A stretch of DNA of 64,000 bases from Candidatus Bathyarchaeota archaeon (GCA_963845275.1 CAWJRR010000003.1:77634-141633), one strand, 5' to 3'; counted from the stretch's first letter, positions 32,823 to 42,737 are shown. Program-made: numbers and translations. Notes: generated from the sequence alone by a model not told the origin.

Positions 32823-34061
32823 ATGATGCCGTTACCAAGCTTCCCCCCAAGCATCGTGTCTGAGGAAACAGCTAAGATTGTTACTAGAGGGAGGACAACC
32901 GGTCTCCCTCACATTGTCCGTGTGAGGTTTATTTTACTAAATGGGAAATTTTATACAATTTCTGGAAGCGCTCGAAGCGACTGGGTTCTAAATTCGTTAA
33001 CGCACCACAAAGCGAAGTTCAGAATCGAAGAGTACGTGTGGAATGTTCAAGTAGAAAAGGCTGATTCCAGGGAAAAGAAGAACGTTCTCCAGGCCTTCTC
33101 GAAAAAGTATGGGGAGAGAGTCGTCCGTGACTGGTACATCGACTCACCAGTCTGTCTTTGCTTTGTTCCTAAAGGCAAGTTGAGAAAGAGAGCGGCAGTC
33201 AGAGGCGAGAGCGATGTAGTTACCACGCTCAGCGAATGGCAGGCTAAGAACACCAATTATTACAGAGGCGTCTCGAGTGCCTTTGATTCAGCCGCAGAAG
33301 AATACGATTTCACAATTAGTAATAATTACATCAACACTTGGATTAGGGAAAAATCAATTCGTGAACTCTTGCGATTAACCCGCCCTGAAGACGTTCTTGT
33401 AGAGATCGGTTGCGGTACAGGTGCAGAGGCGATTATGATCGCTAGGAGAGTCTCTCGGATAGTGGCCACAGACATTTCCAGACAGATGCTCAAACTTCTA
33501 ACGATTAAGATTCGTGCCAAGCGACTCGAAGGCAAGATTATACCAGTCTTGGCCAGTGCCGCCGAAGTGTCGAAAGTCAACAAGATCCTAGATGGGCAGA
33601 AGCCTAGGATCGCGTATTCCTTCAACGGAGCTTTGAATTGTGAACCCAGACTCGCGGATTTTGTTCGTGGCCTTTATTCAGTCCTCGCAGATCACGGATA
33701 TTTCGTTTGCACTATCAGGAACTCACTCTGCTTTTCCGAAGCAATGTCACACGCTGCAGTACTTCAGTTTGATCGGATGGCTCCTCGAAGATCTCAACCG
33801 ATCATGGTCTCCGTCGGTGGCATGGATATTCCTTCCGTATACTATTCCCCTTCGACTTTTTCACAATTTTTTTCAGAGAAATTCAAGCTTGAGAAACTGA
33901 TTGGGATACCCTCCATATTGCCTCCCGCGTACCTGAGCGATTACGCCGTCAAATTCAAACGCATAAGTGGCCTTCTCGAAAAGTTCGAGACGGCTTTATC
34001 TGCCCACTTTCCGCTGAACAGACTCGGTGACCAAACACTGTACGTCTTCCGAAAAACCTGA
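32823..34061 (+). CDS. Fusion of an N-terminal deazaflavin-dependent nitroreductase-like (DUF385 / PNPOx-fold) domain and a C-terminal class I SAM-dependent methyltransferase.
   Basis: N-terminal GRTTGLPHIVRVRFILLNGKFYTISGSARSDWVLNSL. C-terminal methyltransferase motif I VLVEIGCGTGAEAIMIARRVSRIVATDIS. Confidence 0.5.
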   Translation: MMPLPSFPPSIVSEETAKIVTRGRTTGLPHIVRVRFILLNGKFYTISGSARSDWVLNSLTHHKAKFRIEEYVWNVQVEKADSREKKNVLQAFSKKYGERVVRDWYIDSPVCLCFVPKGKLRKRAAVRGESDVVTTLSEWQAKNTNYYRGVSSAFDSAAEEYDFTISNNYINTWIREKSIRELLRLTRPEDVLVEIGCGTGAEAIMIARRVSRIVATDISRQMLKLLTIKIRAKRLEGKIIPVLASAAEVSKVNKILDGQKPRIAYSFNGALNCEPRLADFVRGLYSVLADHGYFVCTIRNSLCFSEAMSHAAVLQFDRMAPRRSQPIMVSVGGMDIPSVYYSPSTFSQFFSEKFKLEKLIGIPSILPPAYLSDYAVKFKRISGLLEKFETALSAHFPLNRLGDQTLYVFRKT

Positions 34062-34226
34062 AAGAAGTAATGTTTGTTAACGCGCAACAGTCAATGAATC
34101 TGCGGAATGACGTGGATGGACTGACCTGCACCGAGGCCCCTCACGCCAGATGAGGAGATGCATCTCCGCTGACCGCAAAAATGCTTATACTCAAAGCCGG
34201 GGTCTTGCCGTAGCATTGGTGCCTAG

Positions 34227-34823
34227 ATGTCAGACACGCGAAATTACGTCGCTCCTGGCTGGGACGAGGTCTACGCAATGCTCCTAGACTTGGCGTTAAG
34301 GATTCGCAGGTCTGGGTTCAAAGCAGACCTGATAGTTGGCGTATCGAGAGGAGGATGGGCCCCTGCGAGAATCCTCTCCGATCTGTTGGAAAACACTCGC
34401 ACGGCAAACATCAAGATTGAATTCTACACGGGATTAGAGAAGACAGCGAACAAGCCGATTGTCACGCAACCCATCAGCGACATTATTGCTGGCAAGAACG
34501 CATTGGTGGTTGATGACGTGTCAGACTCGGGCGAAAGTTTGAAGGTCGCATTGGAACACCTTCTGAAAATGGGAGCAGCCTCTGTCAAGACGGTCACAAT
34601 CTACTACAAGCCACGCAGTATCTTCAAGCCCGACTACTTTGCAAACTTAACAAAGGATTGGATCATCTTCCCTTGGGAACGTTTGGAGGCAACTAGACTT
34701 CTATTAGATGAAGCAAAAGCGGCGGGGCGGGACCTTCAATCGGTTCGTGACACTCTCAGAAAATGCAATTTCAGTGATGAGACTATCGACAGCCTATTTC
34801 AGCTCGCAAATGGCGAATCATAA
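34227..34823 (+). CDS. Type I purine phosphoribosyltransferase (HGPRT/XPRT-like).
   Basis: PRPP-binding motif ALVVDDVSDSGESL. 198 aa. Confidence 0.8.
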   Translation: MSDTRNYVAPGWDEVYAMLLDLALRIRRSGFKADLIVGVSRGGWAPARILSDLLENTRTANIKIEFYTGLEKTANKPIVTQPISDIIAGKNALVVDDVSDSGESLKVALEHLLKMGAASVKTVTIYYKPRSIFKPDYFANLTKDWIIFPWERLEATRLLLDEAKAAGRDLQSVRDTLRKCNFSDETIDSLFQLANGES

Positions 34824-35378
34824 TTGCTCTTCGAGCTGCTCGACAGAAAAATCTGGATTTCAGCATACCAGGGATCAGTAGATCCCACGCAACTCACGAG
34901 GGTTCAAACTCAGTTTCCGAGTGTTACCGTTCAACTATTCGATCTGGATAGGACTGCCGGATCACGTCACATGTTGTTGGCCACTTTCAATGCATTGAAA
35001 TCGTATGAATCTAAACGCCGCATTTCTCGATCTTTGGGAATGGAAGTACTCCTCTTCATCTCGGGAACGCGACAGATATCTGAAGCAATCAAACGGGTAG
35101 GGATTACTTCCAAAACAACTCGGACAGCCGTATTGAGTGTACTACCCGCGGCATCTGACCAATTGAAGGTATCAGACTCTCTCGCAGAGGTCTTCAGACA
35201 GAAGGATGATGATTCTCTCTTGGACAAGTGGACGAGTCTACGTAAGTCTAGGGTACTGAGAACGTTCGGAATTGGCGATAAAGAACTGAAAGCCGCATTG
35301 CGAGATGGTGAAACTATTGAGAAAGCTATCGAAAGACTCGCTATCGAAAGATCAGCTATGCTCGCCATTGCGAAGTGA
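34824..35378 (+). CDS. cgi121: KEOPS complex subunit Cgi121 (TTG start).
   Basis: LFDLDRTAGSRHMLLATFNALKS...MEVLLFISGTRQISEAIKRVGI parallels the M. jannaschii Cgi121 segment ...HVLHAINQA...MEILVRASGQRQIHEAIKIIG. Confidence 0.75.
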   Translation: MLFELLDRKIWISAYQGSVDPTQLTRVQTQFPSVTVQLFDLDRTAGSRHMLLATFNALKSYESKRRISRSLGMEVLLFISGTRQISEAIKRVGITSKTTRTAVLSVLPAASDQLKVSDSLAEVFRQKDDDSLLDKWTSLRKSRVLRTFGIGDKELKAALRDGETIEKAIERLAIERSAMLAIAK

Positions 35379-35379
35379 T

Positions 35380-35907
35380 CTACTGAATTCTTTTCTCTTT
35401 TTCGACTGACAGTATCTCATTTGGCGTAATGACTGCTAGACCCGCCAACTCGCCTATGATCTCGATCATCAAGATCTTGTCCGGAGTCTCGAGGCTTACA
35501 ACTCGATCGATTTTTTTCGCAACTGCATCAATGATGGATTTACTCGACAGAATTGTGTGACGCTTCTCAACGGTAACTCTGAACTTTTCCTTCTCAGCAA
35601 TTTCATTCGCAATAGTGACTGCTCCATTTTCAATCTCAGGAAGCTGTGCGGGCACAACACGCTGGATAGGAACAACCTTTAGCGTGTACTTGAACTCCCA
35701 AGGTCTTTCTCGGTAGAGCTCACGCAAACCTTGCACTGCTTTGATAGGGTCCAGCTTTGTTTTGGCCACTACGAGTCCGATTACGGAGGTGGTCTCGATA
35801 CTGGAACCACGATCTCCAACCTCGCCGAGAAGATACCACATCTCGCTGCAAGTGTTCTTCTCATTCCCTCTACTCGTAGAGACGACCAGGTTAAATTCCG
35901 TTAGCAC
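35380..35907 (-). CDS. THUMP-domain RNA-binding protein (COG1818-like).
   Basis: 175 aa. EFNLVVSTSRGNE...RPWEFKYTLKVVPIQ...KFRVTVEKRHT...VSLETPDKILMIEIIG fits the ferredoxin-like plus THUMP archaeal family. Confidence 0.55.
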   Translation of the reverse strand: MLTEFNLVVSTSRGNEKNTCSEMWYLLGEVGDRGSSIETTSVIGLVVAKTKLDPIKAVQGLRELYRERPWEFKYTLKVVPIQRVVPAQLPEIENGAVTIANEIAEKEKFRVTVEKRHTILSSKSIIDAVAKKIDRVVSLETPDKILMIEIIGELAGLAVITPNEILSVEKEKRIQ

Positions 35908-35958
35908 ATGAAACGCTCCCGTTTGTTTCCTCTTTGATGGCCATTTAATAGTGCTATC

Positions 35959-36549
35959 TTACCTGCCGTTTCTGAGGCAGTTTAGAAGTGCCTCTCTCGA
36001 AATAGGTCCTTCGCGGATGACGTTGAAGTTGCTGCTGAGGTCGACAACAGTTGAAGAGACGCCCAGTGGAGCTCTGCCTCCATCGACCACTATGTCAATT
36101 TTATCTCCTAACCCGGTGACGACTTCCTCCGCCGTGGTAGCGGGTGCTTTTCCAGTCAGGTTTGCGCTCGTTCCTACGAGGTATCCTGAGCACAAACCTA
36201 TGAGATTGAGACACGTGGCATGTTTAGGAGAACGAACACCAATAGTCCCTGATGGAGCAACCTCTTCGGGCACTATTGCTTTTGCCTTCAGAACAATCGT
36301 TAAAGGTCCTGGCCAGAACCGATTAGCTAGTCTAGCAGCCTTCTCTTGGAACTCAGCGATTCGCAGACAATCCTGAAATGTCTTCACCAACACTGGCAGA
36401 GGCTTCTTACGATAACCTTTCACCTCCATCACGCGCTCTAACGCACGCTGAGAAAATGGATCACAACCTAGACCATACACCGTGTCAGTCGGATAACTGA
36501 CAATTCCGCCTTCTGCGATGAGCTTAGCTGCGAGGACGAGCCCATCCAT
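35959..36549 (-). CDS. tsaC: Threonylcarbamoyl-AMP synthase (YrdC/TsaC type, single domain).
   Basis: EGGIVSYPTDTVYGLGCDPF, KPLPVLV, FWPGPLTIVLKAK, IVVDGG...STVVDLS. The ORF-track start at 37053 is an antisense over-extension across the asparaginase gene; Met at 36549 fits the family N-terminus. Confidence 0.85.
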   Translation of the reverse strand: MDGLVLAAKLIAEGGIVSYPTDTVYGLGCDPFSQRALERVMEVKGYRKKPLPVLVKTFQDCLRIAEFQEKAARLANRFWPGPLTIVLKAKAIVPEEVAPSGTIGVRSPKHATCLNLIGLCSGYLVGTSANLTGKAPATTAEEVVTGLGDKIDIVVDGGRAPLGVSSTVVDLSSNFNVIREGPISREALLNCLRNGR

Positions 36550-36637
36550 ATCGGCCTTCACCACACGAACCACAATATCGCCAGCGCACAGACCAGTTGA
36601 CTCCAAACTGCTTAAAGACCAGTCGGTATTCGGAGCA

Positions 36638-37597
36638 ATGGACAGGAGAGGAAACTTGACCGCGGTAATTGTCGTACACGGCGGCGCAGGATTCTGGCGT
36701 CGAGATCTCCGGCGCGGGTTAAATGGAGTTATGACAGCAGCGAGATCAGGTTCATCTTGTCTCAAGAAGGATGGAACAGCTCTAGACGCAGTGGAATCTG
36801 CGATAGTGAAGATGGAAGATAACGAAATATTCAACGCGGGACGCGGCTCCTCACTCACATTGCAGGGAACTGTGGAAATGGACGCTGCGATCATGGATGG
36901 CATTGACCTTTCCGCCGGCGCAGTAGCTTTGGTCCGCGACGTGAAGAACCCCATTCGACTAGCCCGCCTCGTCATGGAAAGAACTGAACACGTCTTGATC
37001 GCAGGGGAATCTGCAGAGCAACTTGCGAAAGCGTTTTCGCTTCCAAAATGCAATCCAATAACAACCAGACGCAGGAGAATGTACTTGAAGCTGAAGACCG
37101 AATCAGAGGCTCAACCCACAAAGAACACGCTCCTACTTCGCGACCACCCAGAAATACTGACAGATACCGTAGGCGCAGTCGCGTTAGATCAAAACGGCAA
37201 TTTCGCCGCAGCCGCCTCAACCGGTGGAATCACCTTGAAGATTCCGGGAAGGATAGGAGACACCCCCCAAATTGGATCTGGACTCTACGCCGACAACAGA
37301 GCTGGCGCAGCAACCGCAACCGGCCTCGGAGAAGTGGCAATAAAGCTGGTCCTGTCGAAGGCAGTATGCACAATGATGGAACAAGGAATCTCAGCCCCGA
37401 ACGCCAGTGTCACCGCAATAGAGTCCGCAACGAAACTGCTGCACGGTCAAGCAGGCGTCATTTCCATAGATAAGCGAGGAAGGATAGGGGCCGTGCACAA
37501 TAGTGAGTTCATGCCTTGGGCCTACTGCACCACCAAGATGAGGTCGCCCAAGGGCTACATGACAGGCAAGATCCTCAATTCGCCGAGTCTCAAGTAA
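36638..37597 (+). CDS. Plant-type L-asparaginase / isoaspartyl peptidase (Ntn hydrolase).
   Basis: AVIVVHGGAG near the N-terminus. The autoproteolytic site DTVGAVALD followed by GNFAAAASTGG. The ORF-track start at 36518 is over-extended. Confidence 0.85.
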   Translation: MDRRGNLTAVIVVHGGAGFWRRDLRRGLNGVMTAARSGSSCLKKDGTALDAVESAIVKMEDNEIFNAGRGSSLTLQGTVEMDAAIMDGIDLSAGAVALVRDVKNPIRLARLVMERTEHVLIAGESAEQLAKAFSLPKCNPITTRRRRMYLKLKTESEAQPTKNTLLLRDHPEILTDTVGAVALDQNGNFAAAASTGGITLKIPGRIGDTPQIGSGLYADNRAGAATATGLGEVAIKLVLSKAVCTMMEQGISAPNASVTAIESATKLLHGQAGVISIDKRGRIGAVHNSEFMPWAYCTTKMRSPKGYMTGKILNSPSLK

Positions 37598-37684
37598 CGG
37601 CGAAGATACCTTAGAATCAGCCAAAAGACTTAAAATTCCACACCAACGGGGTTACCCTAGCCTTTGGCTCCAGAGATTTTTCTA

Positions 37685-37786
37685 ATGAGTGAAGATGATG
37701 ACAGCTGGGATGACGGTCAAGAGGATGATTGGACCGACGACGAATGGGGCGAGGATGAGGGCTGGGGAGAAGACGAAGATTGGTGA
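37685..37786 (+). CDS. Putative 33-aa extremely acidic Trp-periodic peptide (MSEDDDSWDDGQEDDWTDDEWGEDEGWGEDEDW); speculative.
   Basis: ATG-to-TGA ORF, 78 bp upstream of the ABCE1 start and on the same strand. About 70% D/E, with W every 4-8 residues. Confidence 0.25.
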   Translation: MSEDDDSWDDGQEDDWTDDEWGEDEGWGEDEDW

Positions 37787-37863
37787 CTGGAAAGAACAGC
37801 CCAAGGAACGCCAACTTTTAGATTGATCAAAAACTCGTCTTCGATAAGGGGAGATTCTGAATA

Positions 37864-39639
37864 ATGTTACGAGTAGCCACACTTGACAAGGAACATTGCA
37901 AGCCGGACGATTGCGGCATACCCTGCTACCGATTTTGCCCAGAGGTATTGAACCGAAGGTACGCCATCAGGTTCGTGGAGGGAGAAAAGAAACCGATCAT
38001 CGACGAAGATCTCTGTACCGGGTGTGGGATATGCATCAAGAAGTGTCCGTTTGACGCGATAAGCATCGTGAAGCTCCCTCAAGAACTTGATGGGGAATGC
38101 ATCCACTCCTTTGGTGTCAACGAGTTCAAGCTGTTTAGGCTACCCATTCCGCGGACCGGAATCGTCACGGGCCTCATAGGAAGAAACGGCACTGGGAAGA
38201 GCACAGCTCTACAGATACTATCCGGCGAACTCAAACCAAACTTCGGTACCCCGGAAATCCTACGCGATTGGGAGTTTGTAATCACACGATACCGTGGAAC
38301 ATTACTTCATGACTATTTCGGTAAAATCGCAGAAAAACAACTCAAAGTAGTTCGCAAGCCACAACACATCGATAAGATCAGCTCATTGCCCAAAGGCACT
38401 GTCCGTCAACTTCTCCGTAAAATCGATGAACGGTCGAAACTGGACGAACTCGTCCACGATCTAGAACTTGATGAATTGCTCGACCGTAACCCGAAAGTGC
38501 TGAGCGGGGGAGAGCTCCAACGCGTCGCGATCGCAGCTGCAATTAGCAGAAACGCAGACGTATACATGTTCGACGAACCATCAAGTCATTTGGACGTTTA
38601 CCAACGCATCAAAGCTGCACGAAGCATTCGGAAGCTCGTCGAAGACAATAAGGCAGTTCTAGTTGCTGAGCACGATCTGGCAATGCTCGATTACTTATCG
38701 GATGAAGTGTACTTGGTGTACGGACAGCCCAGCACCTATGGAGTCGTCTCCCATGTGCATCCTACAAGAGGCGGCATCAACGAGTACCTCGATGGCTACC
38801 TCCCCGACGAGAACATGCGGTTCAGGGACGACCCGATCCGCTTTCACATAAGACCACCACGCGAAATTAAGTATGCACCAGACATCAAACTGGAATGGCC
38901 CGACACTCTCAAAACCTTGGGAAGTTTCAAACTCAAAGTGGAGTCGGGAAGCATCAACGCCGGAGAGATCATCGGCATAGTCGGAGCAAATGGTATTGGT
39001 AAGACCACATTCATCAAAGAACTTGTCGATTACTACACGAATACATCTAAAAATCAACTTCAAGTAAGTTACAAACCCCAGTACATTTCGTCCGAGTACG
39101 AAGGTACGGTAGATGAACTCTTGACAGCGGTAGCCAATGATACTTCGTCCATGTTCGCGGAGGAAGTTATGCGTAACCTGACAGTTAACAAGCTGAAGGA
39201 CAGAAAGGTAACCGCACTAAGCGGCGGCGAACTCCAAAGAGTCGCGATAGCCGCGTGCCTGGGGAAGACAGCACAAGTTTACTTGCTGGATGAACCAAGC
39301 GCCTTCCTAGACGTTGAAGAAAGACTAACCGTCGCGAAAGCATTAAGACACATTATTGATTCAAGGCAAGCTTTCGCGTTTGTCGTGGAACATGATATTG
39401 TTGCACAGGACTTTCTCGCCGACCGCATTATGGTCTTCAGAGGACGCCCGGGAAGAGAGGGTTCGGCTTCGGACCCCCAGACTCTCCGTGAAGCCATGAA
39501 CACGTTCCTCGCAGACATGGAAATCACATTCAGACGTGACCCTGAAACCAAGCGTCCGAGAATTAACAAGCAAGAGAGCAAGTTGGACAAAGAACAGAAA
39601 GACGCCGGAGAGTTCTACTATGTTTCTGCTTCAGAATAG
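37864..39639 (+). CDS. abcE1: ABCE1 / RNase L inhibitor-like ribosome-recycling ATPase.
   Basis: N-terminal diferredoxin (CKPDDCGIPCYRFCP, CTGCGICIKKCP). Two ABC modules (GRNGTGKST, LSGGELQRVAIAAA, GANGIGKTT, LSGGELQRVAIAAC). Confidence 0.95.
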   Translation: MLRVATLDKEHCKPDDCGIPCYRFCPEVLNRRYAIRFVEGEKKPIIDEDLCTGCGICIKKCPFDAISIVKLPQELDGECIHSFGVNEFKLFRLPIPRTGIVTGLIGRNGTGKSTALQILSGELKPNFGTPEILRDWEFVITRYRGTLLHDYFGKIAEKQLKVVRKPQHIDKISSLPKGTVRQLLRKIDERSKLDELVHDLELDELLDRNPKVLSGGELQRVAIAAAISRNADVYMFDEPSSHLDVYQRIKAARSIRKLVEDNKAVLVAEHDLAMLDYLSDEVYLVYGQPSTYGVVSHVHPTRGGINEYLDGYLPDENMRFRDDPIRFHIRPPREIKYAPDIKLEWPDTLKTLGSFKLKVESGSINAGEIIGIVGANGIGKTTFIKELVDYYTNTSKNQLQVSYKPQYISSEYEGTVDELLTAVANDTSSMFAEEVMRNLTVNKLKDRKVTALSGGELQRVAIAACLGKTAQVYLLDEPSAFLDVEERLTVAKALRHIIDSRQAFAFVVEHDIVAQDFLADRIMVFRGRPGREGSASDPQTLREAMNTFLADMEITFRRDPETKRPRINKQESKLDKEQKDAGEFYYVSASE

Positions 39640-39694
39640 CCGACTACAGGTTTAACTAGCGCGATTCAGCCTTAGGTTTCGCGGAGAAAATCAC

Positions 39695-39907
39695 GTGACG
39701 ACGAACTATTGCCTGGAATGCGGCGGAGTACTATCCTACGATACATCACTCAAACTCTACACATGTCGAAGTTGCGGGCTCACCGTAAATTCCCAGCAGC
39801 TAATGGAAGGAAGAAATAAGATACGTGACCGCGAATCACCAGAAGAACAACATAGACGCAAACAGAACGAATACTTGAAATGGTGGCTCTCCAAAAAAGA
39901 GGCCTAA
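39695..39907 (+). CDS. Small zinc-ribbon protein (GTG start).
   Basis: CLECG...CRSCG, followed by a basic tail. 70 aa. Confidence 0.4.
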   Translation: MTTNYCLECGGVLSYDTSLKLYTCRSCGLTVNSQQLMEGRNKIRDRESPEEQHRRKQNEYLKWWLSKKEA

Positions 39908-39920
39908 GTCCCGTTCGATC

Positions 39921-40733
39921 TTGTCAAAAGAAAAGAACTGCAAAATCGAGATTATTTCGATCGGCAATGAACTCCTCCTAGGCAACACCGTCAACACGAA
40001 CGCGTCCTGGATTGCAACGAGAGCCACAAGCGAAGGCGCTCTCGTAACTCGAATCACCACGATCGGTGATCGACTCGTCGAAATTACGAAAGCAATTCGA
40101 GAATCACTCAGACGAAGACCAAATTACATTATCACAACTGGCGGAATTGGACCCACCTTTGACGATATGACAATCAAGGCAGTCGCTAAAGCAGTTAGCC
40201 GCAAATTAGAAGTCAACCCAACCGCACTAGCAATGATCAAGCAACATTACTCAAACAGGTTTTCGGGGCCAGTGAAAATTACAAAGCCTCGACTCAAGAT
40301 GGCCATTCTACCCGTAAATGGAATTCCCATAGCCAACCCAGTAGGAACCGCCCCAGGGGTTCTAGTCAAAACAAAACAGACTTCAATATTCTGTCTCCCC
40401 GGCGTGCCCCCCGAGGCGCGTGCAATCTTCAGAAAAACCATCGCCGCTCAGATCCGACTCGGAACCGGGAGCAGGTACGTCGAGCGATGGCTCAGAGTTT
40501 TAGGAGTCATGGAATCGACACTCGCGCCTTTGATTGATCAAGCCATGAAACGTTGGCCGGACGTATACATCAAATCACATCCCCGAGGATTCGAAGGAGA
40601 ACGGACTCCACACGTCGATCTTCACTTTTCGAAATTCTCATCGAGCTCCAAACAAACTGGGAAAGAAGTTGAAGCTGCGGTTGATTTCATGACGAAGAAA
40701 CTGCGCGGCTTAAATGCGAGAATTAGCATGTGA
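39921..40733 (+). CDS. CinA-like / MoCF-binding domain protein.
   Basis: IEIISIGNELLLGNTVNTNASWIA ... YIITTGGIGPTFDDMT. Confidence 0.7.
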   Translation: MSKEKNCKIEIISIGNELLLGNTVNTNASWIATRATSEGALVTRITTIGDRLVEITKAIRESLRRRPNYIITTGGIGPTFDDMTIKAVAKAVSRKLEVNPTALAMIKQHYSNRFSGPVKITKPRLKMAILPVNGIPIANPVGTAPGVLVKTKQTSIFCLPGVPPEARAIFRKTIAAQIRLGTGSRYVERWLRVLGVMESTLAPLIDQAMKRWPDVYIKSHPRGFEGERTPHVDLHFSKFSSSSKQTGKEVEAAVDFMTKKLRGLNARISM

Positions 40734-40745
40734 CCTAAGAATAGA

Positions 40746-41510
40746 ATGTCGCATATTGTCTTCATGGTCGGCATGGCTGGAACGGGTAAATCTGCCCTAA
40801 CTGGCGCGTACGTTGATTGGCTTAGATCCCAAGATCAAGATGTTCTATCATTAAACCTTGATCCAGGCGCAACGAGTTTACCATACAACCCAGACATTGA
40901 CGCAAGAAACTACGTCGATATCCAGCAACTCATGGTGGATTACAGCCTTGGACCCAATGGCGCACTAATAATGGCCTCTGACCTCATCGCAGATCACCTA
41001 GAAGAGATGCGAAAAGAGATAGATGAGGCAAATCCGGATATGATAGTTGCAGACACGCCAGGCCAGATTGAATTATTCGCCTTCCGGGAAGGAGGCCGAT
41101 TCATCGCCAGCAATCTTCCTGACGATAACTGCGCACTCATATACCTCATGGATTCCCCATTCACTCGATCGCCACTCAACTTCATTTCAAACCTCTATCT
41201 TGCCGTTGCAATATATAGCCGAGTATTGAAGCCACAGATCTACACACTCTCAAAGAGCGACCTTGTCTCAGACCAAGAGTTAGATTCCATAGTAACATGG
41301 GCTACTGAACCGGAGACGTTCAACCAAGCTCTACTCTCAGTCGAGCAGAAGGACATGTCCCTAATCACAAGGAGCCTCGCCGACGCAGTCTTTAGCACCG
41401 GACTGGTAACCGAGCCTATTCCAGTCTCGGCTAAAACCAATCTGGGACTTTTGGAAATGCATGCGGCTGTCACACGCATAATATCAGCCGGCCAGGAGCC
41501 AACCTCTTGA
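40746..41510 (+). CDS. GPN-loop GTPase.
   Basis: Walker A MVGMAGTGKS and the diagnostic GPNG motif (SLGPNGAL). Confidence 0.85.
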   Translation: MSHIVFMVGMAGTGKSALTGAYVDWLRSQDQDVLSLNLDPGATSLPYNPDIDARNYVDIQQLMVDYSLGPNGALIMASDLIADHLEEMRKEIDEANPDMIVADTPGQIELFAFREGGRFIASNLPDDNCALIYLMDSPFTRSPLNFISNLYLAVAIYSRVLKPQIYTLSKSDLVSDQELDSIVTWATEPETFNQALLSVEQKDMSLITRSLADAVFSTGLVTEPIPVSAKTNLGLLEMHAAVTRIISAGQEPTS

Positions 41511-41813
41511 ACGTGCAATACATGCGCAAGGCATTAATTAGGGTCCGCGTAAACTCTGCTCAATCTCAAAACGCGGATCAGCTTTGATCACCACTAAGCT
41601 TCCACTTATTGGCTTGCTCTCGGAGAATGCGCTGAACCAATTACAATTACCTCTCCAAGAGCAAGGTACCCTTAGTCCGTCGAGGGGCATCCTACCCTGC
41701 AAGATTGACCTAGGAACATTATGCTCAGGTCAATTAATCACTGGCAAGATTGGCGCGTGTGCCACTGATACAAGCAAGAGTTTGGGTAAGAAAGGCGAGA
41801 GACTGTAGAGAGT

Positions 41814-42716
41814 ATGGAATCCAACACTGTGACTGAAACCTCACCCGACCGTCTATACCGCGAATTGGACAACCTCAGGAATACCACGTCGAGCACGAAA
41901 CGAGAGATAACTGAGCTGAGAAGGGAAATCGAAACAACCGTGAGGGACCGCGATCACCTGAACGACGAGGTTAAGACGATTGCGAATGAAATCAAAGGGC
42001 TCAGATCTAAAAGAGACTCCTTGAACCTTAAAGTAAAAGAACTCAAACTCAAACGTGACGAGCTGAGAGTAGCGGCAACCAAGAAACGAACGGCGTTATC
42101 CCAATTACTTGAACAAGCCCAGCACGCATCTGAAAAAGTTCAGGGTAACATGTCGGACTTAATGAAACAGATAACTCGCATGGAATGGCAGATCCAAACA
42201 AGCTCTCTCTCGCCCAAGACCGAGCGGAGCATCATTGGAAGAATCGCAGAGCTTGAAGTGCACCTAGCAAAGCACAAGGAATTGAAGAACGTCAAAGATC
42301 GATTGCTAAAGTTAAGGGTGGAAGTCGGAGCGCTCCGAATTCAAGCACAATCAACCCACGAAGAGCTTACTCACCTCGCAGAGGAAAGCGAAAAAGTCCA
42401 CAATGAGATGCAAGAAAAAGTTAGAATCCTAAGTGAGAAGAAAAAAGAGGCAGATGCCAAACATACCTCATTCTTAGAAAAGAGCAAGCAACGGATGGAA
42501 AAGATAGTATCGCTAAAGGGCAACATTGCTCGAATAGACGAAATCCGCGCTCAAATCGGCGAAGTCAAAACCTCCACTAGAAGCGATAAGGCGGAGAAAG
42601 TGAAATCGAAGTATCGTGAAGCGGCGGAAGAGAAAATGAGAACAGGCGGGAAACTTTCCTTCGAAGAATTTCAAGCACTAATGTCAGAGAATATGACTGA
42701 AGGAGACGAGGAGTAA
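41814..42716 (+). CDS. Coiled-coil hypothetical protein.
   Basis: 300 aa, almost entirely heptad-like E/K/R/L-rich. Confidence 0.4.
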   Translation: MESNTVTETSPDRLYRELDNLRNTTSSTKREITELRREIETTVRDRDHLNDEVKTIANEIKGLRSKRDSLNLKVKELKLKRDELRVAATKKRTALSQLLEQAQHASEKVQGNMSDLMKQITRMEWQIQTSSLSPKTERSIIGRIAELEVHLAKHKELKNVKDRLLKLRVEVGALRIQAQSTHEELTHLAEESEKVHNEMQEKVRILSEKKKEADAKHTSFLEKSKQRMEKIVSLKGNIARIDEIRAQIGEVKTSTRSDKAEKVKSKYREAAEEKMRTGGKLSFEEFQALMSENMTEGDEE

Positions 42717-42737
42717 CGACCAGCGAAGCGAAGAATA

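Noticed and set aside
36518-36637. The first 40 codons of the asparaginase ORF-track call.
   Set aside because: It would overlap the divergent tsaC start. MDRRGNLTAVIVVHGGAG at 36638 matches the family N-terminus.
36550-37053. The 5' 168 codons of the ORF-track call 35959-37053 (MHFGSENAFASCS…).
   Set aside because: This is the antisense of the asparaginase gene, low-complexity, and absent from TsaC homologues. The family-consistent start is Met 36549.
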